64,000 nt of DNA. It comes from an uncultured Fidelibacterota bacterium (lineage in GTDB: Bacteria > Fidelibacterota > Marinisomatia > Marinisomatales > Marinisomataceae). Where the stretch lies: positions 199,458 to 263,457 of the forward strand of contig CABZMF010000001.1 of NCBI GenBank assembly GCA_902526795.1. The letters are read 5' to 3'. Made by a program: the position numbers and the translations under genes. The notes beneath the pieces are model-generated. The model saw only the letters and a list, made by a program, of their open reading frames with translations. It was not told where the DNA came from and made no database searches. The stretch's first letter is position 1. Each line of letters starts with the position of its first letter. Below are positions 1 to 8,580 of this stretch, one piece after another.

Positions 1-1110
1 TTTAGCCCAGGTTCTTTTGTGAGTCGTGAATTTCTTGGAAATTTGAATTTATCTAATACAGAACTTTTTGAGAGAGTTATTGTTGAAGAAGAGTTGGCTG
101 GCAACTTCAAAGCCTCTGAAGATATCACTTCATTCTATGGAATGGCATCATATGATTATTCAGACCAATTGTTAGTTGTAGGTGGAATAAGACTAGAAAG
201 AACATCCTTATATGATTTAGAAGCAAGAAGCTATAATGAAGATAATGATCAAAATAATATCATTACAGCCGCTGATAGCGACTATACTGATGTATTACCT
301 TCTTTACACTTGATATATGATTTAGATGGGGCATCAAAGATTAGGGTTGCTTTAACAAAGTCTTTAGCAAGACCTAATTACTTTGATACCGTTCCATATC
401 AACAAGTGAAAGTGGAAGATGAAGAGATAAAGGTCGGTAACCCTGAACTAGAGACTACAATTTCAACAAATTTTGATATTTCTTTCGAAAGATATTACGA
501 TGATATTGGATTATTCTCAGCAGGAATATTTACTAAAGATATAGACAACTTCGTTGTTTACACATCTGGGTATGTAACTCAAGCTGACAATCTACCAGAT
601 TACGATGGTTTCCAATTAGAAAAAGCTTTGAATGGAGGAAATGCATCTTTATTAGGAGTTGAAATTGCATTTCAAAGGCAAATATTACCAGGACTTGGTT
701 TGTATGCCAATGTTACTGCCATTGACTCAAAAATAGATAATTTAGATCCAAAGCTTCAAGAAGATAGACCCGATGTAAAAGATAATTCTATACCGGGTAC
801 GTCAGAGCTTAGTTACAATCTTTCTATGTCATACGAAAGAGGGCCAATGACCGTGCGTTTATCTCTTAATCATCAAGGAGAGTTTCTTGAAGAATTTGGT
901 GATTCTAAATCTGAAGATAGATGGTATGATAAAGCAACATATGTTGATTTAAATGCAAATTATAATCTTAGAGAGAATATCTCTATCTATGCTGATTTCA
1001 ATAATTTAACTAATCAGCCATTGAGATATTATCAAGGAAGTAGTAGATATATGATGCAAGAAGAGTATTATAATAGAAAATTTACTCTTGGAATAAAAGC
1101 TGATTTATAA
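1..1110 (+). CDS. TonB-dependent outer membrane receptor, C-terminal beta-barrel part (5' truncated by window edge)
   Basis: Frame is open from base 1, so the GTG at 19 is not the true start; barrel motifs (KSLARPNY, VGNPELE..S.NFDISFERY, NLTNQP) and C-terminal strand FTLGIKADL. Confidence 0.9.
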   Translation, partial: FSPGSFVSREFLGNLNLSNTELFERVIVEEELAGNFKASEDITSFYGMASYDYSDQLLVVGGIRLERTSLYDLEARSYNEDNDQNNIITAADSDYTDVLPSLHLIYDLDGASKIRVALTKSLARPNYFDTVPYQQVKVEDEEIKVGNPELETTISTNFDISFERYYDDIGLFSAGIFTKDIDNFVVYTSGYVTQADNLPDYDGFQLEKALNGGNASLLGVEIAFQRQILPGLGLYANVTAIDSKIDNLDPKLQEDRPDVKDNSIPGTSELSYNLSMSYERGPMTVRLSLNHQGEFLEEFGDSKSEDRWYDKATYVDLNANYNLRENISIYADFNNLTNQPLRYYQGSSRYMMQEEYYNRKFTLGIKADL

Positions 1111-1196
1111 TAGTTAATTTGAGATAATATATTATTATTAAATAAGATTAATAATTCTTGTTTTTTAGATAATAATATCAAAAATTTCTATCATAT

Positions 1197-1269
1197 TCCG
1201 GAGTAGCTCAGTTGGTAGAGCGAGTGACTGTTAATCACCAGGTCGGGAGTTCGAGTCTCTCCTCCGGAG
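1197..1269 (+). tRNA. tRNA-Asn(GTT)
   Basis: Acceptor TCCGGAG/CTCCGGA, D-arm AGCTCAGTTGGTAGAGC, anticodon loop CTGTTAA, T-loop GTTCGAG; CCA not encoded. Confidence 0.95.
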
Positions 1270-1305
1270 CAATAATTAAAGAGTTCAATATAGAGGTAAA
1301 ATAAT

Positions 1306-2280
1306 TTGGATTTTCTTACACTATGGTCTTTATTAGGTTTTCTATTTGCAGTATATGCTGTTACTGCTAATGACAGTATTCAAACTCTAGGTACTTACAT
1401 TTCATCAAACAGAGACATCAAATGGTATTGGATGTTTGTATACATGGGATCTATTTTTGTTTTTACAATGATTCAGGGATTTTATATCAACGATCCTGCT
1501 TTTGGAAGGTTAGATAAATTTGAACCTATAACTATTCAATGGTATCATGCTTTAGCTCCTCTAGTTCTTGTAGGTTTGACTAGATTAAAAATTCCAGTTT
1601 CTACAACATTCTTAGTCCTTTCTGTTTTCGCAACTTCAATTGTCATGGAACAAATGTTACTTAAAAGTTTTGTTGGTTATGCAGTTTCATTTGTCTTTGC
1701 ATGTGGTTCCTGGTATTTGATAAGTAAATACTTTTTAAATGAAGGAGAGAAGGGTAAAAATAAATATAATGAATACTGGAGAGTAGCTCAGTGGTTAACT
1801 ACTGGATGGTTGTGGTCAACATGGCTTAAACATGATTTGGCTAATATTATGATTTTCTTACCTAGGTATAGTTCAGTTCAAAGCTTTCAATTCCAGCTAT
1901 TTGTTATACTAGTCATGCTTTTAGGTTTAGCATTCATGTTTTATGAGCGCGGTGGAAGAATACAAGAAATTGTTTTATCTAAAACAAACACGAGATATGT
2001 AAGATCTGCTACTCTAATCGATTTGGTTTATTGCTTCGTTTTATATTATTTCAAGGAAGTTAATAATATCCCAATGAGTACAACTTTCGTATTTATGGGA
2101 ATGTTAGCTGGAAGAGAGCTAGGTATTTGGCTGTCAATTGGTTATGGAAAATTGACATATACTGACAGACACAAAAAAGCTATTTTCCCAATGCTTTATA
2201 TGGATTTCTTACGACTAATGCTGGGTTTAATGATTAGTGTTTCTCTTGCCTCTGGAATTCAATGGTATTCCAACCTGTAA
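1306..2280 (+). CDS. Multi-pass membrane protein, remote PiT/PHO4 phosphate-transporter-like
   Basis: About 9-10 hydrophobic segments; two half-repeats (ANDSIQTLGT...PVSTT and HDLANI...PMSTT) echoing the PiT signatures; TTG start with GAGG SD. Confidence 0.55.
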   Translation: MDFLTLWSLLGFLFAVYAVTANDSIQTLGTYISSNRDIKWYWMFVYMGSIFVFTMIQGFYINDPAFGRLDKFEPITIQWYHALAPLVLVGLTRLKIPVSTTFLVLSVFATSIVMEQMLLKSFVGYAVSFVFACGSWYLISKYFLNEGEKGKNKYNEYWRVAQWLTTGWLWSTWLKHDLANIMIFLPRYSSVQSFQFQLFVILVMLLGLAFMFYERGGRIQEIVLSKTNTRYVRSATLIDLVYCFVLYYFKEVNNIPMSTTFVFMGMLAGRELGIWLSIGYGKLTYTDRHKKAIFPMLYMDFLRLMLGLMISVSLASGIQWYSNL

Positions 2281-2296
2281 TACTTTATTTTAACAT

Positions 2297-3130
2297 ATGA
2301 ATCTTAAAAATAAACTTATTCTGATTACTGGAGGAGCTAAGGGTATAGGTTTAGCCACTGCACAAAGAATTCTAAATGAAGGTGGAAAAGTAATTCTTTG
2401 GGATTTCAATGAAGACGATCTTAACAAAACCGTTAACAATTTTAAAGAACAAGGATTCGATATTTTCTCACAAATTTGTGATGTTACAAACAAAGAACAA
2501 GTATATAGCAATGCAAATATCATTAAGGAAAAATTTGGTGGTATTGATATCTTAATTAATAATGCTGGTACTGTTTATACAGGATATATGCTGGATAGAA
2601 GTGATGAAGAGCTTGAAAATCTTATCAATGTAAATTTCACGTCAATGATATATACTATTCGCGCATTCATGCCAGCTATGCTTGAGAAAAATTCTGGACA
2701 TATTATTAATATTTCTTCAGCATCTTCAATGACTGGAGCGCCTAAGCTAGCAGTATATGCTGCTACTAAGTGGGCCGTTGCTGGATTAACTGAATCTTTA
2801 AGACTTGAAGTTCAAAAAATGGGTAAATCTGGTGTCAAATTTTCATCAATCCATCCAAATTTCTTAAAAAAAGGTCTATTTGAAGGTACAAAATTAAATC
2901 TTTTAGGTCGTATTTTAGCTCCAGGAGTTAACAATCATGATGACGTGGCAAAAGTGATTGTAAACAGAGCAATTAAACTTGGATTTCATTCCCCTAAAGT
3001 GCCATGGATCATGAATCAAGTTGTGCTATTAAGAGCTTTATTACCGAGTTCTTTATTAATAAAATTTAGTAGTTTATATGGCTTATATGATATGATGGAT
3101 GATTATAAAGGTTATAAAGATGGAAGATAA
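2297..3130 (+). CDS. Short-chain dehydrogenase/reductase
   Basis: TGGAKGIG, NNAG and YAATK motifs. Confidence 0.92.
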   Translation: MNLKNKLILITGGAKGIGLATAQRILNEGGKVILWDFNEDDLNKTVNNFKEQGFDIFSQICDVTNKEQVYSNANIIKEKFGGIDILINNAGTVYTGYMLDRSDEELENLINVNFTSMIYTIRAFMPAMLEKNSGHIINISSASSMTGAPKLAVYAATKWAVAGLTESLRLEVQKMGKSGVKFSSIHPNFLKKGLFEGTKLNLLGRILAPGVNNHDDVAKVIVNRAIKLGFHSPKVPWIMNQVVLLRALLPSSLLIKFSSLYGLYDMMDDYKGYKDGR

Positions 3131-3152
3131 TTTTGAATTACAAAGGAAAAGT

Positions 3153-3911
3153 ATGAAGTATTTTAATAGAATATGGATGTGTACATTGTTTATTTTTTTT
3201 ACGGTTGCATGCTCTAAACAAGAAACACAATCAAATGACGCTGATAAGGAGTTGATGGTAACCTTTCAAGATTCATTAAGTTATTCAATGGGAGTTAATA
3301 TTGGCAAGAACTTACCTACAACAGATATAAATCAAGAGCTTCTAATTGAGGGTTTGAATGATTTTTGGTCACAAAATGAACCAAGACTTACTGCTCCTGA
3401 AAGAATGCAGATTTTAAGAGCATTTAATATTATAAACTCAGAAATGGATCGAAATCAAATGAAAGCAATGGGAGAAAAAAATGCTAAGCTTTCAAGAGAA
3501 AATAAAATGAAAGGTCAAGAATTTTTAGAAAAGAACAAAACATCAGAAGGTATAAGAGTTTTTAATAGGAGTCAGATTCAATATAGAATTATTGCTGAAG
3601 GTAGTGGAGAAATACCTGACTATGATGACGTTGTAAAGGTACACTATAATGGATATTTTATTGATGGCCATAAATTCGATAGTAGTTATGATAGAGGAGA
3701 ACCTGCAACTTTTGGAGTTAATGCCGTAATACCAGGTTGGACTGAAGTTCTTCAGAAAATGCCAGTAGGTTCCAAATGGGAAGTTTTCATTCCCCAAAAT
3801 CTTGCTTATGGAGTCAGTGGAGTTACAACTGATCCTAAAAAAGGTGAGTACGTTATTCCTCCTTCTTCAACCCTTATTTTTGAGATTGAATTATTAGAAA
3901 TTCTGGATTAA
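3153..3911 (+). CDS. FKBP-type peptidyl-prolyl isomerase lipoprotein (FkpA/Mip-like)
   Basis: DSLSYSMGVNIG dimerisation domain; VHYNG..IDG.KFDSS, VIPGWTE, IP..LAYG; lipobox TVAC. Start moved from 3099 to the Met at 3153 (AAGGA SD, signal peptide). Confidence 0.9.
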   Translation: MKYFNRIWMCTLFIFFTVACSKQETQSNDADKELMVTFQDSLSYSMGVNIGKNLPTTDINQELLIEGLNDFWSQNEPRLTAPERMQILRAFNIINSEMDRNQMKAMGEKNAKLSRENKMKGQEFLEKNKTSEGIRVFNRSQIQYRIIAEGSGEIPDYDDVVKVHYNGYFIDGHKFDSSYDRGEPATFGVNAVIPGWTEVLQKMPVGSKWEVFIPQNLAYGVSGVTTDPKKGEYVIPPSSTLIFEIELLEILD

Positions 3912-3914
3912 AAA

Positions 3915-4865
3915 ATGAGTTTTAATAATTTTATTATTTCATTAGTTACTATAATTATTTTCAGTTGTAACAATCCTAGTCATCAGGTTATTGTCTTGGA
4001 TGATCCTATGTTTGTAACGGAACCTGTTGAAGACGCAGGAATGGACAGTATAGGATTTTTAATGAGAAAACATGTAATCGTTGTTACTTTGAAGGATAAA
4101 AATGAGCTTCATGTTTATAATGCGATGAATGGAAAATTGAAAAAATCTATTGTTAGAGAAGATGCATTTCCAAATGGAGTCACTACAATTAATGATCAAT
4201 TTGTGTTGGTGACAGAAAGAGATAATAAACATGTGGCAGTCTTTAATTCATCAATGGAATTTTTAGGAACATTTGGTGGAGATGAATTACGAAGCCCTTA
4301 TGGAATTACATTTTATAAAAAAGAAGATGGATTATATAAAGTTTTAGTAACGGATAGTTATGAATATAATAATCCGCGACAGGATAGAATTCTTACTTGG
4401 GATTTTAAAATTGAAAATGAAAACTTTGATGTAAGTTCATCAAGTGTACTTGGTAGTCCTACTTTGTACCAAGTTGAAAGTATTTACGCTGATAAATATT
4501 ACCAAACTCTATTAGTTGCTGAGGAAATGAAAGAGTATCATAAGGTAATGGCTTTAGATTTAATTTCTGGTGAAATCAAAAAAAATGATTTAGGCAACTT
4601 TGATATGGGAAATGATCCAGAAGGAATAGCTTTGGTATTAAACAACGATAATACTGGATACTGGATTTGTACTGAGCAAAGTAAAACAGATAATAGATTT
4701 CATCTTTACGATCGAGAATCTTTGAATCATTTTGCTACAATGTACTTAAAAGATGTTTCTTATACTGATGGTATTACCACTGCCTACATGCATGGTAAAT
4801 GGTTTTTATATGCTGTAGACAATGACGCTAGGATAGTAGCATTTGAATTGCCAGAAATCAATTAG
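3915..4865 (+). CDS. Beta-propeller phytase-like lipoprotein
   Basis: Lipobox IFSC; motifs TEPV, VESIYAD, AEE, DPEGIAL, GYWICTEQ..F.LYDR and V..TDGI match beta-propeller phytase blades. Confidence 0.7.
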   Translation: MSFNNFIISLVTIIIFSCNNPSHQVIVLDDPMFVTEPVEDAGMDSIGFLMRKHVIVVTLKDKNELHVYNAMNGKLKKSIVREDAFPNGVTTINDQFVLVTERDNKHVAVFNSSMEFLGTFGGDELRSPYGITFYKKEDGLYKVLVTDSYEYNNPRQDRILTWDFKIENENFDVSSSSVLGSPTLYQVESIYADKYYQTLLVAEEMKEYHKVMALDLISGEIKKNDLGNFDMGNDPEGIALVLNNDNTGYWICTEQSKTDNRFHLYDRESLNHFATMYLKDVSYTDGITTAYMHGKWFLYAVDNDARIVAFELPEIN

Positions 4866-4878
4866 AAATCCTTAGCAT

Positions 4879-5760
4879 ATGCTTTATTTAATTTTTTCAT
4901 CCGTATTTCTTATTGGGTTAGTTTATTTTTTAAGAAATCAAATCATATTAAATATTTATAAGCTTCCTTTGATTAGGAAGTCTTGGCAACTTCCATATAT
5001 GGATGCAGGTTCAGTTCAACTTAAGAATGATAATAAGCCTGTAGTTGTGTGTTGTGGCGATAGTATCACGCACGGCCATATTGGTTATGATTGGGTTGGT
5101 TCATTAAGAAAAAAAGATAATTCTAAGGTTTATATAAATGCAGGAATAAATGCTGACCTTACTTGGAATTTAAATCAAAGAATTGACGATATTTTAAAAC
5201 ATAATCCCGACTACATAACAATTCTTATTGGAACAAATGATGTTATTGGGAGTCAGCCAGTTAAACTAATTCAAAATTATTACATTCAAACCAAAGGATT
5301 ACCTCAAATACCTACCAAAGATTGGTTTGAGGAACAGATTGAAATTTTCATCAAAACAATTAAAGAAAAAACTTCAGCAAAAATTGCCATCTCAACTTTG
5401 CCTTGGCTTGGAGAAAGAAAGGATGCTCCTATAATTAATGTGATAAGAAAGTTTAATGTTATCATTACGAATCTTGCTTTAAAATATGATTTAATAATTT
5501 TAGATTTTTTTAAAACACTTGAGAAAAATATTGAGAAAAGTAATAACACAACCGATTTTGATATAAGTATACCTTATACAACATCTGAAATTAGACGGCT
5601 TAGAGGTTTAAGAGCTGTGATACTTTATTATGTATTTGGTTGGAGTTGGAACAGAATAGGTGAGAAATATAAACTTCAATTTCTTTGTGATCACATCCAT
5701 TTAAACGAAAGAGGTGGGCACTTAATGGAAGAGAAAGTTAAAAAATTTTTAACGACTTGA
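4879..5760 (+). CDS. SGNH/GDSL hydrolase with N-terminal membrane anchor
   Basis: Blocks GDSIT, G(INAD), GTND and DHIH. Confidence 0.88.
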   Translation: MLYLIFSSVFLIGLVYFLRNQIILNIYKLPLIRKSWQLPYMDAGSVQLKNDNKPVVVCCGDSITHGHIGYDWVGSLRKKDNSKVYINAGINADLTWNLNQRIDDILKHNPDYITILIGTNDVIGSQPVKLIQNYYIQTKGLPQIPTKDWFEEQIEIFIKTIKEKTSAKIAISTLPWLGERKDAPIINVIRKFNVIITNLALKYDLIILDFFKTLEKNIEKSNNTTDFDISIPYTTSEIRRLRGLRAVILYYVFGWSWNRIGEKYKLQFLCDHIHLNERGGHLMEEKVKKFLTT

Positions 5761-5876
5761 GTTATGAATCAAGTTAGTCATCATTCATGCTGCTTATAAT
5801 TTGCCACGCAAAAATTATGAATAGTATCTCCATTTACTAATTTAATTAATATATTAAAAAGTTTCTATTAACTGAT

Positions 5877-6191
5877 TTACGATCTGACTGAAACTATCTT
5901 AAGACCAGAACTTGTACAACTTAAAGTATAATCGATTGGGTTCATACCGCCGCAGAAAACAGTCACATAATAATTATTTCCACTTTGCCTTACACTTCCA
6001 GTAGAAAAACGACATCCGACTGCGCTTGCTCCTAAACCATAATTACTTCTAGCATGATTAAGTGCTTTCATATCAGCAGTGCTTTTGTAACACTTTGAAG
6101 AGCTACTTTTTGATTTACTTGGCGATATTAATTGAAATAAAATAATGATACTTAACAACACAACTAAAACTTTTAAAACTTTTTTTTCCAT
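5877..6191 (-). CDS. Small exported hypothetical protein with 4 Cys
   Basis: Basic N-terminus plus hydrophobic helix, Ser-rich linker, 4 Cys; 1 nt downstream of the neighbouring ORF. Confidence 0.6.
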   Translation of the reverse strand: MEKKVLKVLVVLLSIIILFQLISPSKSKSSSSKCYKSTADMKALNHARSNYGLGASAVGCRFSTGSVRQSGNNYYVTVFCGGMNPIDYTLSCTSSGLKIVSVRS

Positions 6192-6192
6192 T

Positions 6193-6534
6193 CTATTCTA
6201 TTGCTTCAATAATTTTTTTTGTAAGAATACCTAATGCTTCATTATTTTCTTCAATTCTTTTTTGAGTTTCTTTAAGTTTTTTTAAGCTAGTAGCAACTTC
6301 ATCAAAATCTCCTATTCCGTCATTTACATAAAGATAAACTTCAAAATATAAAGCCGCAAATAAGGATAGATCATTACTCAGATTTTTTGCAGATAAAACA
6401 ATTTCTTGTTGTTGTAAAAGAATAGTTTCTTGAAGGGTAAAATATTGATTAGCTCTATTAATAACTGAAAAGAGCGACAACGAAAGTGTTATCATCAATA
6501 TTGATATTGAAATGTTTAATATTTTCTTATCCAT
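6193..6534 (-). CDS. Hypothetical membrane-anchored helical protein
   Basis: N-terminal TM segment followed by a coiled-coil-like region. Confidence 0.55.
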   Translation of the reverse strand: MDKKILNISISILMITLSLSLFSVINRANQYFTLQETILLQQQEIVLSAKNLSNDLSLFAALYFEVYLYVNDGIGDFDEVATSLKKLKETQKRIEENNEALGILTKKIIEAIE

Positions 6535-6581
6535 AAATGAATTTAGTTCTTCAATTTAAAGTAAACTAGCAATTTGATGAT

Positions 6582-6631
6582 GTACCCCGGACAGGATTTG
6601 AACCTGTGACCTACGGATTAGAAAATCGTTG
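6582..6631 (-). repeat. att-like direct repeat of the tRNA-Arg 3' half
   Basis: 6582-6624 is identical to 8097-8139 (43 bp); extends to 50 bp with 2 mismatches, ending in the anticodon stem. Confidence 0.95.
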
Positions 6632-6663
6632 ACTTCTCGAGGAGAAAATTAAAGAAATATTGT

Positions 6664-7944
6664 TTAGTTTAAATGTGAATTATCTGATCTATTACAACTT
6701 TGACATTTACATCTACCATTTGAAAGAATTGTTTGTCCTCCATGAGAATATTTATCAACATGATCGGCATCAACTTCTTTAAATTCAATTTTTCTATCAC
6801 ATTCTGTACATTTTTCATTTGAATTTTTCCAAAGTACATATCTTTCCTCATCTGAGAATCTTCTATTTAAATCTTTAATTGCAACGTCATCATTCCATAA
6901 TAAAAAATATTTTTCAAGACAATTATACCTTAACTCCATATTGCCAGGATCATTAGTGCTATGTTGACTCATGTTTTGATATGCGCTTAGTTCAATATTT
7001 TGTTCATTTTCATCTAACCTGTAATTATATATAAGTTCTTTATTGAATCGAGTAAAAAATTCCTGGAGTTTTCCATATATTTTTTCATGAGCATATTTAG
7101 ATAAAATATTTCCAATACCAATATAATATAATTGTGTTATTGTTAGTTTTTTTAACAAGGGATCTTCTTTTTGAAACACTTTTGTCATCAAATCTAAATT
7201 CTTTGTTACATTTGAAATTAATTTCTTTGAATTCTCATCACTCATTGTTTTATTGTTTCTTACCATATTATCTAAAAATTGTTTTTTAATTTCACAAAAT
7301 CTTGATAATCCTCCATTTATTGTATTTTCTTCAATTCTCAAAAGTTTTGCTGAAACTTCATAGTGTGAATATTTTTTATTTTTGAAGGTTACATATTCTT
7401 TAAAATATTTGTGTTCAGCAACATCACGAATTAATGAGCACATATCTCCGCCAAATGCATTTCTTTTCTCAGCCGAAGAAAGAGTTTCTCCATTATTTAA
7501 TCTTTGAAATAATTCTTCAATATCTTCTTCTTCAGCATTTTTAACTTCTGTAATACTTAAACTAATATCTCTAAATCTTTCTTTCCAACTATCTGAAAAG
7601 TCTGAATATCTATCACCACCTTTGGGTGCATTTTTTTCATCATGAACTGATTCAGAAAACTTAAAAGAATTGCCTAATGCAAATTCATCATTCAAAAATT
7701 CCCATATAGTAGATAGTCTTTGTTTTCCATCGATAACAGCATATATATATTCATCTTTTTCATCATACAAATCATGAAGATAAATTTTGGGTGTATCAAA
7801 ATAATTTAAAAGTGAATCTATCAAGAGCTGTTTTTTATCATTCGACCAAGCACCACTTTCTCTTTGATATGGTGGATTTGTGTTGATTCTATTTTTCTCT
7901 GTTCTAAAAAACCCTACACTTTTTGTTGTTGCTGTGCACTTCAT
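6664..7944 (-). CDS. DUF262 (GmrSD-like) domain protein with C-terminal HNH nuclease; putative modification-dependent restriction/defence protein
   Basis: PPYQR..W, VIDGKQRL.T, IEELFQRLNNG..L....KRNA (DUF262); C-terminal CTEC...DADHV...GG....NGRCKCQSCN (zinc HNH). Confidence 0.8.
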   Translation of the reverse strand: MKCTATTKSVGFFRTEKNRINTNPPYQRESGAWSNDKKQLLIDSLLNYFDTPKIYLHDLYDEKDEYIYAVIDGKQRLSTIWEFLNDEFALGNSFKFSESVHDEKNAPKGGDRYSDFSDSWKERFRDISLSITEVKNAEEEDIEELFQRLNNGETLSSAEKRNAFGGDMCSLIRDVAEHKYFKEYVTFKNKKYSHYEVSAKLLRIEENTINGGLSRFCEIKKQFLDNMVRNNKTMSDENSKKLISNVTKNLDLMTKVFQKEDPLLKKLTITQLYYIGIGNILSKYAHEKIYGKLQEFFTRFNKELIYNYRLDENEQNIELSAYQNMSQHSTNDPGNMELRYNCLEKYFLLWNDDVAIKDLNRRFSDEERYVLWKNSNEKCTECDRKIEFKEVDADHVDKYSHGGQTILSNGRCKCQSCNRSDNSHLN

Positions 7945-8029
7945 ATATCAATATAAAGTAATTCTTTTACAAAAAAAATACTAATAACCACAACGGATTT
8001 TCTAACTGTTGATCGAAGATCAGTGGATT

Positions 8030-8051
8030 TGTGTAGTTGGTGTGTAGTTGG
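8030..8051. repeat. Tandem 11-bp direct repeat TGTGTAGTTGG x2, possible integrase arm-binding sites
   Basis: Exact tandem copy about 45 bp from the tRNA-Arg 3' end, inside the island. Confidence 0.6.
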
Positions 8052-8097
8052 TAAAATAAAGAGTATTTTAAAAGAGTAAAAAGGGGATTTGTCGTCG

Positions 8098-8171
8098 TAC
8101 CCCGGACAGGATTTGAACCTGTGACCTACGGATTAGAAATCCGTTGCTCTATCCAGCTGAGCTACCGGGGC
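8098..8171 (-). tRNA. tRNA-Arg(TCT)
   Basis: Reverse complement GCCCCGGTAGCTCAGCTGGATAGAGCAACGGATTTCTAATCCGTAGGTCACAGGTTCAAATCCTGTCCGGGGTA; anticodon loop TTTCTAA. Confidence 0.96.
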
Positions 8172-8252
8172 ATGAGCCAAATTTAACTAATTAATAAAAA
8201 CTTTAAAGCTTTTTTGTAAAATTCTTCCGAGGGGCTTCCGACGAGAAATTTC

Positions 8253-8281
8253 TTGCAAAAAATCTTGTTTAGTATTAGAAT
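8253..8281 (+). promoter_or_regulatory. Sigma70-type promoter of the 75-aa gene
   Basis: TTGCAA (8253-8258), 17-nt spacer, TAGAAT (8276-8281); AAGGAG SD at 8312-8317. Confidence 0.65.
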
Positions 8282-8323
8282 ATTGAAATTAGCTTATTCA
8301 CTAAACTTTTTAAGGAGAATAAA

Positions 8324-8551
8324 ATGGCTGAAAAAGTAAAAACATGTGGTGTTAGTAAAGAAAGTGGCTATCTATATTATTTAGGTAAAGATGGTAATGT
8401 ATGGCGCTCAGGTATGTCAAGAGGCGGATCTGGAGGCGGTAATGCAGAGAAAGTTGCTGACGCTGGAGTAACGCGTGAAAGTGGTTACCTATATTTCATC
8501 GATAAAGACGGTGATGTATCTCGCGCACCTATGGCTAGAGGTAGAGGTTAA
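8324..8551 (+). CDS. 75-aa protein made of two 33-aa repeats joined by a Gly linker; candidate DNA-binding/nucleoid protein
   Basis: Residues 2-34 vs 41-73 are 20/33 identical (AEKV..xGVx[KR]ESGYLY[YF]xxKDGxVxRxxMxRG); own promoter, SD and terminator. Confidence 0.85.
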   Translation: MAEKVKTCGVSKESGYLYYLGKDGNVWRSGMSRGGSGGGNAEKVADAGVTRESGYLYFIDKDGDVSRAPMARGRG

Positions 8552-8580
8552 TAAACTTTTATCTTATTTGGTTTTTATTG

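Larger units (their letters stand above)
6582..8146. mobile_element. Integrase-less mini genomic island (1515-bp repeat-to-repeat unit) at tRNA-Arg(TCT)
   Basis: Bounded by the tRNA 3' half and its duplicate; single cargo gene; no recombinase ORF inside. Confidence 0.75.

Noticed and set aside
6669-6851. Same-strand alternative-frame ORF at the 3' end of the DUF262 gene (possible frameshift product)
   Set aside because: The main frame already encodes an intact HNH; no slippery site or motif in the alternative frame
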